Below the pieces are notes generated by a model, which was not told the DNA's origin, searched no databases, and was given only the letters and a program-made list of their open reading frames with translations. A stretch of 64,000 nt of DNA from Octopus vulgaris (Eukaryota), in assembly GCA_951406725.2 (NCBI GenBank), contig OX597834.1, positions 38,750,001 to 38,814,000 on the forward strand, given 5' to 3'. How positions within the stretch are numbered: the first letter of the stretch is position 1; each line of letters starts with the position of its first letter. This document shows positions 46,664-59,812 of the stretch, one piece after another. The translations under genes and the position numbers were made by a program.

Positions 46664-47607
46664 CATGATATATACACAATGCATACCGCCCCATGGTTGT
46701 CAATCATAAACAAGTAAAACAACCTCTGTTACCGTGCTTTTACTGTTTGTTTCTGATACATGTACAGTTGCGAACAGCCCTAGGCAGCCTGTTGGCATTC
46801 CGAAATTTTGGCACAATGGAACATCAAGGTTCCAAGAATTGGGGGGTGGGGAGGAATGATCTGCGACAGCACTGCTTGGCAGTCAGGAGCAATGTGGAAT
46901 GAAGAGACCTGCTCAAAAGAACAATGTTCCAGCCAGTCAAGGAAACGAAACCACGAACTTATGAACTTGAATCGTAACCACTAACCATGAACCACACACA
47001 CGCACACACACACACACGTCGATAAACGCATGCGCACAAATGGGTGGGGTCATTCTTTGTACGGTCGTTCACCTTGTGTGACTGGTTGCAGTCACATTGA
47101 CTACATACACTTTGACACACAAGCATACATTCCTACATACACACACATACACATACATACATGCATACATACATACATACATACACACACACATACATAC
47201 ACACACACATACATACATACACACATACACACACATACATACATACATACATACAAACATACATACATACATACATACATACATACACACATACATACAA
47301 ACATACACACACATACATACATACGTACACACATACACACACACATACATACATACAAACATACACACACATACATACATACACACATACACACACACAT
47401 ACATACATACACACATACATACATACACACATACACACACACATACATACGCACAAAGACACGCCTACACAAACACAAAAATGTATATAATCACACACAT
47501 AGTCACGCACACACACACACACACACACAAACACACGCATACACACGCACACACACACACACACACACGCAAAAGCACATACACACATATGTGGGTTTGC
47601 ATGTTTG

Positions 47608-47660
<53 letters not shown>

Positions 47661-47929
47661 ATGTGTGTGTGTGTGTATGTATATATTCTATTTATTCTTT
47701 TAATTATTTCAATCGTTAGACTGCGGCCATGGTGGAGCACCGCCTTTAGTCGAACATACACACACATCTACACACATATATAAACAAACATGCGCACGCA
47801 CATGCTATTACATAATCACACACACACACGCACACACACACACACAGATGTATATTGATTTATAAGCAGATCTTCTTTATAAATAGAAATAATACTATAC
47901 GACAGTTGGTTATTACGAAGTGAAAAAGC

Positions 47930-48222
47930 GGAAAGATCATGTGACTTGTGACGTCATCAGTTTTCGTATGACTACACTTTCCCTGTTCCTCGGACATTCC
48001 TAATTTTCCCGGGCATAAATGTTAGGTGTTGACTGCGTTGGGTGTTGTTGGAGATACGAATATTTGCTTGCGTGGGGCCTCAAATTACGATAAAGTCATA
48101 GGTATGTTATCCTCACCCATCAGTTACGGGTATGTTCTAAATTCGAGTTGGGTAGGAGACGTTTTGGCTCAGCTGTTTTGGCGCCGCCCATTTGGCGTTT
48201 CTGATTCGACGCTGACTCATTT
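47930..48222. promoter_or_regulatory. Candidate enhancer/promoter island (M-box, CRE, AP-1)
   Basis: TCATGTGAC 47937-47945, TGACGTCA 47949-47956, TGACTCA 48213-48219 in unique CpG-containing sequence; motif match only. Confidence 0.3.
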
Positions 48223-48521
48223 GACATCGGATGTTTTAATGTTTCTCTCGTTCTCTCCCTCTTTGTCTGTATGTTTGTCTGTCACTCTCTCTCTCTCTGT
48301 TCTCTCTCCCTCTTTCTCTCCTCTTTCTCTCCCTCTCTCTTCCTCCTCTCTTTCTCTCTCTCCTCTCTTTATCTCTCTCCTCTATTTCTCTCTCCCTTCT
48401 ATTTATTTCTTTCACCGGTCTATTTCTCTCCTCTATTTTTCCATCTCTCCCTTTTTATTTCTTTTGCTTTCTCTCTCTACATTTTTTAATAATTTCCGAG
48501 AATTTTTCACGAGTCCAGCTA

Positions 48522-48575
<54 letters not shown>

Positions 48576-48603
48576 GTTGTTGTTGTTGTTGTTGTTGTTG
48601 TTA

Positions 48604-48685
<82 letters not shown>

Positions 48686-49309
48686 TTTTGATATTACCAC
48701 CATCATCATCATCATCATCATCTTCATCATCACCATCATCATCATCGTATCTTGTGGTCTGCGACCTCTGAAAATTTTACATTACTACCACTTTCTAACA
48801 AAATAAAGTTATTCCTTTTCAGATTATTTTACAAAGGAGCCCTTTTTGGAAAACCCCTAAAAAATACATCATTGACACGATGGAGGAATGCTTTGGTGGA
48901 GTGGAGTATGTCTTTTCTTAGATGTATCTACTTGTATCTTAAAAACAAGATAGCAAACACGACTTCTACAACAACAACAACAACAACATCAAACAAAAAG
49001 AAAAAAATGCCCCAGGAGCAGCACCGAAAAAGAAACATTTTATAAACAGAATAAAAAAAGAGCGAGCGAGAGACAGAGACGGCAAACATTGTCAAATGCA
49101 CAAATACGCACAAATCAATAAACTCGGGAAAAAAACCGATTATTCCTTGAACGTAAACAACACAAACATAGAAAATGTTTGCGATGCTCTCGGTAACAAA
49201 ATGGAAAATAACTTTACGCAGAGTCCTGGTGGATATATGTAAACAAAATGTGCTTGAGAACGTCTGTTGTGTTTGGGTTTCTAGGGCAGCACAAAGGAAT
49301 AGAGAGACT

Positions 49310-51940
49310 GTATGTGTTGTTATGTCAGTTGGTTACTGTGTCACTTGTTCAGTGAAGTGAACGTGTTGTTATGTCAGTTTGTTACCGTCTCATTTGTTCA
49401 GTAAAATAAACATGTTATGTCAGTTGATTATTGTTACACATGTTCAGTGAAGTGAACGTGTTGTTATGTCAGTTGGTTACTGTGTCACTTGTTCAGTGAA
49501 GTGAACGTGTTGTTATGTCAGTCGTTCAGTAAAGCCAGAATGTTTTGTTGTGTCAGTTGTTTTAGCGTTACCAGTTGTTGAGTATTGTGAATATGTTTGT
49601 CGTATGTGTTCATTATTCTGTCAGTTGTTCGGCAAAATGAACGTGTTGTCATGTTTGTTGGTTGCTATGTCAATTTCTCAGTGAAGTCAGAACGTGTTGT
49701 TATGCCAGTTGCTTACAATGTCAATTGTTGAGGGAAACGAATATGTTGTTATGTCCGTTATTTTACTTTATCAGTTGTTCAGTGAAGTAAACGTGTTGTT
49801 ATGTCAGTTTGTTACCGTCTCATTTGTTCAGTAAAATAAACATGTTATGTCAGTTGATTATTGTTACACATGTTCAGTGAAGTAAACGTGTTGTTCAGTT
49901 ACTTGGTTACTGTATCAGTTGCACAGTGAAGTGAACGTGTAGTTAAGCCAATTATTTACGTAGTCAATTGCCCAGTAGAGTGATTACGTTACGTCACTTG
50001 ATTACTATAGAGTGAATGTGTTATGTCAATCGGTTACGGTGATCTAGTTCAGTAAAACGAAAGAGTTATTATGTCAGTTGGTTAATGTGTTACTTGTACG
50101 TAGAAGTGAACGCATTGTTAGTCACCTGGTAACTGTTCCTGTTGTTCACTGATATGAACGTGGTGGTATGTGGGCCGGTTACTTTGTTTATCCTCTAGTA
50201 AAATGAACGCATTCTATTATGTCAGTTGGTTTCTGTTAACTGCTTACTGTATCAATATGTCAACGTGTTGTCATGCCAGTTGGCAACTGTGGCCATGGTA
50301 CAGCAATAAATGCATAAGGATGTGTTGCTATGGCAATTGGTTATTTAGAAAATTGTTTTATAAAGTGAATACGTTGGTTGCTGTATCATTTATTTCTTTA
50401 TTGCCAACAAGGGGCTAAACATAGAGGGGACAAACAAGGACAAAGGGATTAAGTCGATTACATCGACCCCAGTGCGTAACTGGTACTTATTTAATCGACC
50501 CCGAAAGGATGAAAGGCAAAGTCGCCTTCGGCGGAATTTGAACTGGGGACTTAAAGACAGACGAAATACCTATTTCTTTACTACCCACAAGGGGCTAAAC
50601 ACAGAAAGGACGAACAAGGACAGACAAACGGATTAAGTCGATTACATCGACCCCAGTGCGTAACTGGTCCTTAATTTATCGACCCCGAAAGGATGAAAGG
50701 CAAAATCGACCTCGACGGAATTTGAACTGGGGACAGACGAAATACCTATTTCTTTACTACCCACAAGGGGCTAAACACAGAGAGGACAAACAAGGACAGA
50801 CAAACGGATTAAGTCGATTACATCGACCCCAGTGCGTAACTGGTCCTTAATTTATCGACCCCGAAAGGATGAAAGGCAAAGTCGACCTCGGCGGAATTTG
50901 AACTGGGGACTTAAAGACAGACGAAATACCTATTTCTTTACTACCCACAAGGGGCTAAACACAGAGAGGACAAACAAGGACAGACAAACGGATTAAGTCG
51001 ATTACATCGACCCCAGTGCGTAACTGGTACTGAATTTATCGACCCCGAAAGGATGGAAGGCAAAGTCGACCACGGCGGAATTTGAACTGGGGACTTAAAG
51101 ACAGACGAAATACCTATTTCTTTACTACCCACAAGGGGCTAAACACAGAGAGGACAAACAAGGACAGACAAACGGATTAAGTCGATTACATCGACCCCAG
51201 TGCGTAACTGGTACTGAATTTATCGACCCCGAAAGGATGGAAGGCAAAGTCGACCTCGGCGAAATTTGAACTCAGAACGTAACGGCAGACGAAATACATA
51301 TTTCTTTACTACCCACAAGGGGCTAAAGATGGAGGGGACAAACAAGGACAGACAAATGGATTAAGTCGATTATATCGACCCCAGTGCGTAACTGGTACTT
51401 ATTTCATCGACCTCGAAAGGCATGAAAGGCAAAGTCGACCTCGGCGGAATTTGAACTCAGAACGTAGCGGCTGACGAAATACCGCTAAGCATTTTGCCCG
51501 GCTTCTGTGAAATGAACGTGATAATATGTCGTTTATTTATCTGTTCTTGGGTGAAGTGAACGTGCTGTTATGTCAGTTTCTACGACAAATAGTCCAGTGA
51601 CTGCAGACTGTTGTCGCAGCAGTTGTTCAGTGAAGTCAGGGGTGTTGTAATGCCAGATGTTTATCGTGTAAAGTGTTCAATGTACTGAATGTCTTGTTAC
51701 GTCAGTTATTTTTATGAATTGTTCAATGGCATCAGAACGGTTTGCTATGTCAGGCGATTTCTGTGTGAATTGTTCTAAACAGCCAATATGTTATTATGTC
51801 AGTTGTTTACCGTGTTTAATTTTCAATAAACTCAATGTCGTGTTATGTCACTTGGTTTCTGTGTCAATGGTTCAGTGACGTCAGAGTGTTGGAATGTCAG
51901 TGATCTGTTCTGTCAACCGTTTAGTGCCGTGAATGTCATA
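49310..51940. repeat. Degenerate ~49-bp minisatellite, split by the SINE multimer at 50391-51503
   Basis: GTTCAGTGAAGTGAACGTGTTGTTATGTCAGTTGGTTACTGTGTCA-like units; GTTCAG at 49347, 49396, 49442, 49491. Confidence 0.9.
50391..51503 (-). mobile_element. SINE family 2 hexamer: one partial head plus six ~180-bp body units
   Basis: TATTTCTTTA unit boundaries at 50391, 50571, 50747, 50931, 51114 and ~51298. Confidence 0.92.
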
Positions 51941-51987
51941 TTTTCTCCTTTGGTTATTGCCTAAATGAGTTCTCATAAATATCTTAT

Positions 51988-52150
51988 AGGCGCAAGGAGT
52001 GGCTGTGTGGTAAGAAGCTTGCTTCCCAACTGCTTTGTTCCTGGTTCAGTCCCACTGCGTGGCACCTTGGGCAAGTGTCTTCTACTCTAGCCTCGGGTCG
52101 ACCAAAGCCTTGTGAGTGGATTTGGTAGACGGAAACTGAAAGAAGCCCTT
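51988..52150 (+). mobile_element. SINE family 1, 5' half
   Basis: Head and CORE-like segment. Confidence 0.85.
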
Positions 52151-52282
52151 CATACATATATCGTTGCTATTATGCAAAAGTGTCGTAAGTCCGAAACATT
52201 GCTTTATCAGGAAACGAAGAAATAGTTTCACCATTCCATTTCCTTTTTACATTAGCAACAGCTTCAGCTTAATAATAATAAT

Positions 52283-52337
<55 letters not shown>

Positions 52338-52344
<7 letters not shown>

Positions 52345-52971
52345 TTTACAAGATAAGGGCAAAAGAAAAATTCTAATGCCAAATATGCCGAAAAAAAGAC
52401 AAAAATTGTCAATAACCATTATAATTTATGCGTCTCGAAACAAACCGATAGAAATTTCTAAAAAATTCGTTATTACCATATTGGTCCAATTTCGGGGTTA
52501 ATTAATAAGAAATTTTCCCCTCTTCAGCGGCAAATACGCGAGATATAAGTGAAATACTTACTCATACCCATGGAAAAAGCATGCACCAAGTCCTGAGCAG
52601 ACCTAAGTACCCCAAATATATCCAAAATAGAAAAATCTTCGGCACATCTCGAGACACGTGTGATTCGAACTAGAAACTTTCACAGAGTGATAGAATCCGG
52701 AAGTGAACACTATTCAATTTATAACTAATATAGGATAAAATTTTTTTCGGGAAAAAAATTTTATCAATGGCCAGCATATCAAAAAATACCTTTAAAGGTT
52801 AAATTTATAAATAATTTCCAAGATAAGGGCAAAAGAAAAATTCTAATGCCAAATATGCCGAAAAAAATACAAAAATTGTCAATAACCATTATAATTTATG
52901 CGTCTCGAAACAAACCGATAGAAATTTCTAAAAAATTCGTTATTACCGTATTGGTCCAATTTCGGGGTTAA

Positions 52972-52977
<6 letters not shown>
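52338..52977 (-). mobile_element. Retrozyme-like ~470-bp partial tandem repeat (~1.35 units) inside (TA)n
   Basis: 52341-52507 is repeated at 52811-52977 (offset 470); contains a hammerhead; (TA)n on both flanks. Confidence 0.8.
52473..52533 (-). ncRNA. Type I hammerhead ribozyme
   Basis: Minus strand UUGCCG-CUGAAGA-GGGG-(19 nt)-CCCC-GAAA-UUGGACCAA-UA-UGGUAA: all core nucleotides present, stems I-III pair, AUA cleavage triplet. Confidence 0.8.
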
Positions 52978-53014
<37 letters not shown>

Positions 53015-53027
<13 letters not shown>

Positions 53028-53394
53028 TGAAGTTGTGTGTCTGTCTCCTACGATTTAGATTCCTAACTACTCCCACATTTTGCGGTGCAGTGTAACCAAA
53101 AGCGGGTATCTTATAGTCGTGATTCATATCGAGCCCTTCTGGGTATTAGTACGCGTCTACGATGAGTCTACGATTTAAAAAAAAATTTACCATCATTTTT
53201 CCCATTTTTTTGCTATTATATAAGGGAAGTAACTCTCTAAAAATGTATTATTAAATCTCAGAACGTAAAAAGCTAGAGTAACACCCCGCTTTGTGGTTAG
53301 CCATATTGAGATGGCTATTATACTTTACATCTCTAAAAATGCTTATATAGTTATTTCCCTTACAAACCCGAGCAACGCCGGGCGATACTGCTAG
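53015..53394 (+). mobile_element. Non-autonomous Helitron
   Basis: Ends CCCGAGCAACGCCGGGCGATACTGCTAG|T; 3' ~65 bp shared with 33726-34485. Confidence 0.85.
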
Positions 53395-53543
53395 TATATA
53401 TATAATTATATATGTATGTATGTATGTATGATGGAAGAGTACAAAGTTGAGACGCCGTTTTGTTCTTTCTGGTGTCTTTTATGGCGACCATTTATTCTTT
53501 AAATTATGAGATTGTCTGGCTCGGTCTTTATTGTTCCAAATAG

Positions 53544-53614
53544 AATATGAATTACAGAACTATGTTCTCTGTCCAAGAATCCAAGTTCAGCCATCCTTTG
53601 ATCTCGCCGTGTTG
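53544..53614 (+). CDS. Weak candidate exon (YELQNYVLCPRIQVQPSFDLAVL in one open frame)
   Basis: TAG acceptor after a T-rich tract; consensus TTG|GTAAGT donor; no homologue recognised. Confidence 0.2.
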
Positions 53615-53784
53615 GTAAGTATACATTCCTCTTCCATTGATGATAGGCATGAAGATAAAAGTTCAGTTTTGGCTGCCATATTTTCTCATATCCCACATTT
53701 CTCTTGCATACATGTCTACGCCAGACATACGTTTATTGATCTCACCAACACACACACACACACATAAATATATGCATACATGCA

Positions 53785-53820
<36 letters not shown>

Positions 53821-54389
53821 TACGTGAATTGTTTTTGAGTATACATTGTCTGGGAGATTCTTCTTATAGTAGAAGAAATAGCTAAGTTCTTTGGCCTATT
53901 TCTAAAAGTTCGCTATGTGGCAAAGCAAAATTTTTTTGCTGAATCCTAATTATAATTATACTCATAATTATCTAAAGTAATATATATATTCCCTTATTCT
54001 TTTATTTGTTTCAGGCATTTGACTATGGCCATGCTGGAGCACCACCTTAAAGGGTTTTAGTCGAAGAAATCGACACCAGAACTCATTCTGGGAAAAAATT
54101 ATATACACTCTACACATGCTATGGAATTCTTAATGTATATCCAGTCGCAAGAGCGTTCTCACCGTATGATGACATTAGATGGCCAATAACTATGGATGAG
54201 CTTTGCATAGCATTGTATGAGATTTTTCACCTAAATTTTATTCAACTATATATGTATGTTTTTGTATGTATGTAAATGTGTGTGTTTATGCATGCCTGTA
54301 TGCATGTGTGTGTATGTTTGTGTATGTATACATGTGTTTGTATATATGCATGCATGCATGTATGTATACATAGTGTCTTTGAGTTGTTG

Positions 54390-54860
54390 ATATCATTAAT
54401 ATAGTTAATAATGGAAGCCACTCTACCAACGTAGCGTATGACATAAAATCTGTTATACACAATAATATGCCCAAGACAATAACTCGAAGCACTACACTGT
54501 GAATAGTTAACTTCTATTAAAGTGGCAGAAGATGCAACGACTTTAATTACGCTGCTTAAAATATCATACAACATTCCCCGAGCTTCCAATTACTTCGATA
54601 TCACGTCGCTTGACGAAAGCTTTAGCAAATTGCGGATACACCAAAAGTATGTTTGATTTGCGGAGCAGCTTCTTCGGTATCCAGGCGTCTTGCTGTACAC
54701 ACGGTTATTCGGCAGCTTCTTCCACAGCACGGACGGACATCATGCTGCGTGTCAATTAGGAATTCATTTGCCATTTCTGGCTTAATCAGTTTGTCTTTGA
54801 TAAACTGTTCCATGACTTTGCTAACAAGTAAAGAGTATCTGCAATACTTTATCCCTTACG
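54390..54860 (-). pseudogene. Highly decayed CR1/L2-type LINE RT fragment
   Basis: SKVMEQFIKDKL..TQHDVR..GRSC; VYPQFAKAF; KLEARG; YINDI, in the expected order. Confidence 0.7.
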
Positions 54861-54957
54861 GCCAAGCAACATTATGCCTTCTTTCAAGTTCTGACCGAAT
54901 TATAACGTTCAAGAATGCTTTCATAATTATCCAAAGTGGTCTTGCTTGGTTTTAAAA

Positions 54958-55547
54958 AGTGACATGAGCCACCCCTAGCCACCCCAAAAGTGGGTCTTAA
55001 CCCTAAAAAAGATTTGCTTTGTGTCTGGTGGGATTGGAAAGGAATTCTGTACTATGAGCTTCTCACAAGTAACCAGACAATTAATTCTGAGAAATACTAC
55101 ACACAACTGGACGAGTTAAAAGCAGCAATTCAAGAGAAACATCCAGAATTGGCCAACAGAAAGGGTGTTGTTTTCCAACATGATAATGCAAGATCGCACG
55201 TTTCTATGGGAACGAGACAAAAATTGCTGCTGCTCGGCTGGGATGTTACCCCACCCTCCATATTCACCAGATGTTGCTCCTTCGGATTTCCACTTATTCA
55301 GGTCTCTGCAGAATAGTTTTAATGGTAAAAATTTCAATTTCTTGGATGACGTAAAGATACCTAGATGAATTCTTTGCCATGAAACCATCTCATTTCTGGG
55401 AAGAGGGTATTTTCAAGTTAAAGGAAAGATGGAGACGCATTGTGCAACAAAATGGTTCATATTTGGTTGATTTAAAACGTAATGGCAAGTATTTATTGAC
55501 CATTTTCTTTCCTTTAAAAATCGGCATGAACTTTCCGGACAACCCAA
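54958..55547 (+). pseudogene. mariner (DD34D) transposase 3' half with right TIR
   Basis: LCVWWDWKGILYYELL..HDNAR, frameshift, PHPPYSPDVAPSDFHLFRSLQN; TIR ..CGGCATGAACTTTCCGGACAACCCAA. Confidence 0.95.
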
Positions 55548-56726
55548 CAGTAACCACATACATAATTAATATATATGCCACGTGTCATAGATGTGCAACC
55601 AGGGTAAAGTTCAGATCAAAGTTCTCCCTTTTCAAGATAAGAGTGGCAAATGCCTTAAAAACAAAGAATAAAGAGAAAAAAACTTGATCAAATTTCGCAG
55701 GTGAGGGTCACATTTTATGCTTTCGATTGCCATGGATTCTTTTTATGTTTCCTCAATTTGGTTGGAGCATATTCTGTTATTCTCAGTTTCTATGAAAAGC
55801 ATTATTTTTGTTTGTGTGTTATTGTGTGTGTGACTGTATGTGTATGTATGTGTGTGACTGTATGTGTATGTATGTGTGTGAGTGGATGTGTATGTATGTG
55901 TGTGAGTGGATGTGGTGTCTGTGTGTATGTGTTTGTGTTTGTGTGCATGTTCTTTGTGTGTGTGAGAGAGAGAGAGAGTATGTGTTTGTGAGCGTGTATT
56001 TATATGTCTGTGTATATGTATGAGTGTGCATATTTATGTGTGTATGTGGGGTAAGTGTGTATGTGTGTGTGTGTATGTGTCTAGTTGTTAATGTATGCGC
56101 GTGTGTGTGTGTTTGTGTGTGTGCTTGGACGTCTTTGTGTGTGTTTGGATGTGTTTGTGTGTGTGTGCATGTGAGTGTATGCATGTATGTATGTGCTTGT
56201 AGGTGCGTGTATGTGTGCGTGTGTGGGGTGTCTGAGTGTATATGTGTATGCGCATGTGTGAGTGTATGTATTTAGATATATGTGCGTATGCGCGCATGCG
56301 TGCGTGCGTGTGTGTGAGCGTGTTCTCTGCCAGTAGTTCGTTAATTTCTTCCATATGAGACCTTTGTTGTTCGAATCACAAAATATTCTATGAGCTTCGG
56401 CTTTCCTCTCAGAGCCATGTTTTGCTGCATCTATCTCGCATTATCGACGTAAACCGTTTTAGCTTCATCAACTCAGCGAATTGCATAGAAACAGTTCTTG
56501 TGTCAGTTCGTCTTCTAGATTCCTCTTAATTGATTTCCTGTAAAAATTTATGGAAATTCGGCTTCAATAGGGTCTGTGTGCTTCTTGGAGATAAAGTTGA
56601 TTCTTCTTTTGGTGTATATACTCTCCGTTCAACGATGTTATACTCAATACTCAAAGAAAAACTGCATGACTCCTCTTAGCATAAGGATTACGCCCTGCCT
56701 TAATTGTAAGGCAGAAATCTAAGAAA

Positions 56727-57290
56727 GGCGTGGCTGAATGGTGAGAGGTTTGCCTTTCAACCACATGGTTCGCGTTCAGTCCTACTGCGTGGCAGCTTGG
56801 GCATGTGTTATCTACTATAGCTACAGGCCGACCAATGTCTTGTGAGTGGAATTAGTAAAAGGAAACTGAAAGAAGCTCGTCGTATATATATATATATATA
56901 TAGGCGCAGGAGTGGCTGTGGTAAGTAGCTAGCTTACCAACCACATGGTCCCGGGTTCAGTCCCACTGCGTGGCGCCTTGGGCAAGTGTCTTCTACTATA
57001 GCCTCGGGCCGACCAAAGCCTTGTGAGTGAATTTGGTAGACAGAAACTGAAAAGAAGCCCGTCGTATATATGTATATGTATATATATGTATATATATCTA
57101 TGTGTGTTTGTGTGTCTGTGTTTGTCCCCCCCACCCAACATCGCTTGACTACCATGTAACTAAGAGACCGATAGAATAAGTACTAGGCTTACAAAGAATA
57201 AGTCCTGGGGTCGATTTGCTCGACTAATGGCCGTGCTCCATCATGGCCGCAGTCAAATGACTGAAACAAGTAAAAGAGTAAAAGAGTAAA
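56727..57290 (+). mobile_element. SINE family 1: old 5' half (56727-56883) followed by a younger near-complete copy (56903-57290)
   Basis: The second copy starts in the TA tract of the first. Confidence 0.85.
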
Positions 57291-57294
57291 CATG

Positions 57295-57600
57295 GAGGAA
57301 CATTCTAGTGAAGTTTAACAGCTTATCTGGCCACCACAGTCCTGAGATCTCAATATTTTTGAATATTTATGGTGCATTTTAGAAAAACAAGTAAGGAGTT
57401 GATATCCTCCTCCATCATCACTACAAGAACTGGAGATTGTTTTAGCTGAAGAATGGACAAAAATTCCTTTGGAAACAATTCAAACTTTGTACGAGTCCAT
57501 ACCTCGTAGAATTCAAGCTGTAATTACTGCCAAAGTCGGTCCTACCCCGTATCAAAATAAATTTGAAATTTTAAGGTGTTTCCATTATTTTGTCCAACCC

Positions 57601-57603
<3 letters not shown>
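57295..57603 (+). pseudogene. Tc1-type transposase C-terminal fragment with right TIR
   Basis: WPPQS*DLNIFEYLW..EEWTKIP..LYESIPRRIQAVITAKVGPTPY; ends GGTGTTTCCATTATTTTGTCCAACCCCTG|TA. Confidence 0.9.
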
Positions 57604-57667
<64 letters not shown>

Positions 57668-58269
57668 CAGTGTACATTTAAACACATAAGAGATGGCCAT
57701 AACAGGACATCCGATCCACTAGAAGGAGTAGTTAAACTTCAAACCACTATTAGGGGTAACTTCGAAAGGGAATGAAAACTGAAAACATTTACCCTCTATT
57801 TCCTATACCATGGTTTAAAGCTATCTTCAGCAAATAAAATAATTTACTTGTCGAAGCTCTCGTCAGTAGGAAAACCAAGATTAACATATAAAGATGAGGC
57901 GATACAGAACATGTCTCGTGTTTATATGTTATAATTTCTCAAAATCCACCGCGCAAGCGCAGTTTTTTATCGGCAGCAAATACAAGGAATGCCGATTTTC
58001 TTCCAAAATTAGCCCAAAATCATTATATCATAATTAACAAATTCCAGGGTAGCAAAAAAAAAAATTAAGAAAATTTTTTAATGTACACTGTATTTTTATA
58101 TGAATAGTAAATAGTCTATTGACTAGTTTTTTTCTTCTCAAGTTTTCTTCCTGCCTGTCGACCTCTAAATACATACCACAGTTATTCTGCTCCACCAATG
58201 TATTTTGGGAACCGACTACTACCAACACACCGATACTATATATATATATACACACACAATCAAATGTAA

Positions 58270-59812
58270 AATTAATAAAGAACCTATAATATTAGCCACG
58301 AGATGATAGAACTCAGTGTTTAACTCCACATAAAAACACAAATCACATTTAAAGACTCCCAAAGGATCTTTTTTTTATTCTCGCTGTCCTCCAGCGTAGC
58401 CTCATAAACCTGCATCGCATGAATTATGTGTTGCCGGTAAATATATGTCGACGAGATTGCCGTAAAGTCACAAATTCACCTTTCTGGGGAAAAAAAATCT
58501 CTCCACTGTAATTGCTTGACCAAATAAACATTAAATATTTAAAATTTGCACAGTTTTTGACTGTCGTGTTTTACCCATTCATTTCTAATCCACTTAATGC
58601 TTTAGAATTTGGCAAGAATTTATTCCCATTAGTGATTTTAAAGCTAGTGTTATCATGCACGCAATGAAGCCTTTAGTATTTTAAGAGTCTTCTTAGGTTA
58701 AACGTAATGGCGGAAAGCTGTTTGAAATGGCTGTAAGCATTTGTGATAATATTGAGGTTTATTGGCCAGTGGGATAACGTATTAAATTCTCTCCAGAGAA
58801 AATTTCACTTCAGATTTTAGCCTTTATAGAGATAATGTCCGATAATTTCCCGCCATATGAACGGCCATCTGCTTGACAAGACTTCGTAAAGACCTCTTGA
58901 ATAGATAAAAGGAGTTTAATTCTAGAATAACAATTGTTACCAATTTGAATATAATTAATTTATCAGATGTTATGTTACTCAAATACAGATAATCTTTGCT
59001 TTTATATGGAGTCAAACGGAAGGTTATCAAATAGTAATAAATCCTCCAGGCACCCTACTGTAGCCTTTGAGAATTCATTGACTAGAATTCTCCATCGCAT
59101 TTGTAATATTTTGACAGATGAAGATGTTTTTGACCGTGCGTCCCCATACTGCAGCATCGCCTTAAAGAAAAATGATAGTCACGAGGGAATGCAATACATT
59201 CAATAACGAGATACTTCGAAAGTCCAAATTAATAAAAAAAAAAAAGCCATGCATACGTAACGCAATCTGGTTTAATCTCCCTTACATCTTTTTACCACTT
59301 TGTCACAAATACTGCAAAGTCTTCAACAGAAACATTGAACACCTGAAAGTTGGATACTTCTGTGTTAACGACACCAAGAATCTGATTTCTGGCATCGGTA
59401 GAAGAAATTACAAGAAAAGCTTTACGTCATATAATCAATGCAATTGTGCCAATATACACGCTCATGGCCACACGACAGCAAATACATCGTCCAGGAGCTG
59501 AAATATATTGCTAAAGAGAAGTTGGTAGATCACAGTCAACAAACTCAACAGGACGTACTTTGAAGCACAGGTTCACACAACACACATATTCATTTAGGCA
59601 ATCAATGAAACGAAACCCCCACCACTCTGTCACCGTACGCCAGGAGATTGAAATATGAAGGTACTATCAACAGTGGTTAGTGGTGGAATTTATCGAACCA
59701 TAATCTGGAAGATCTGGATTGTGCTGCACGTGTACAAGCGAAAAATCTTTTTTTCTTTTTTATTGAACTTGTTGAACTCTGGAAATAAACTCATGCCGTC
59801 ACCAAAACTAGT
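58270..59812 (+). pseudogene. Decayed Penelope-like element ORF (RT plus GIY-YIG endonuclease)
   Basis: Colinear degenerate motifs: IMHA..LFEMAV..LYRDN; NKSSRHP..EDVFDRASPY..AL; RNAIWFNLPY; CNC; LKHRFTQHTYSF; C..C..EK; SCRH. Confidence 0.8.

Noticed and set aside
48823-48905. Possible exon after TTCCTTTTCAG
   Set aside because: Weak donor, two open frames, and no recognisable product or linking exons.
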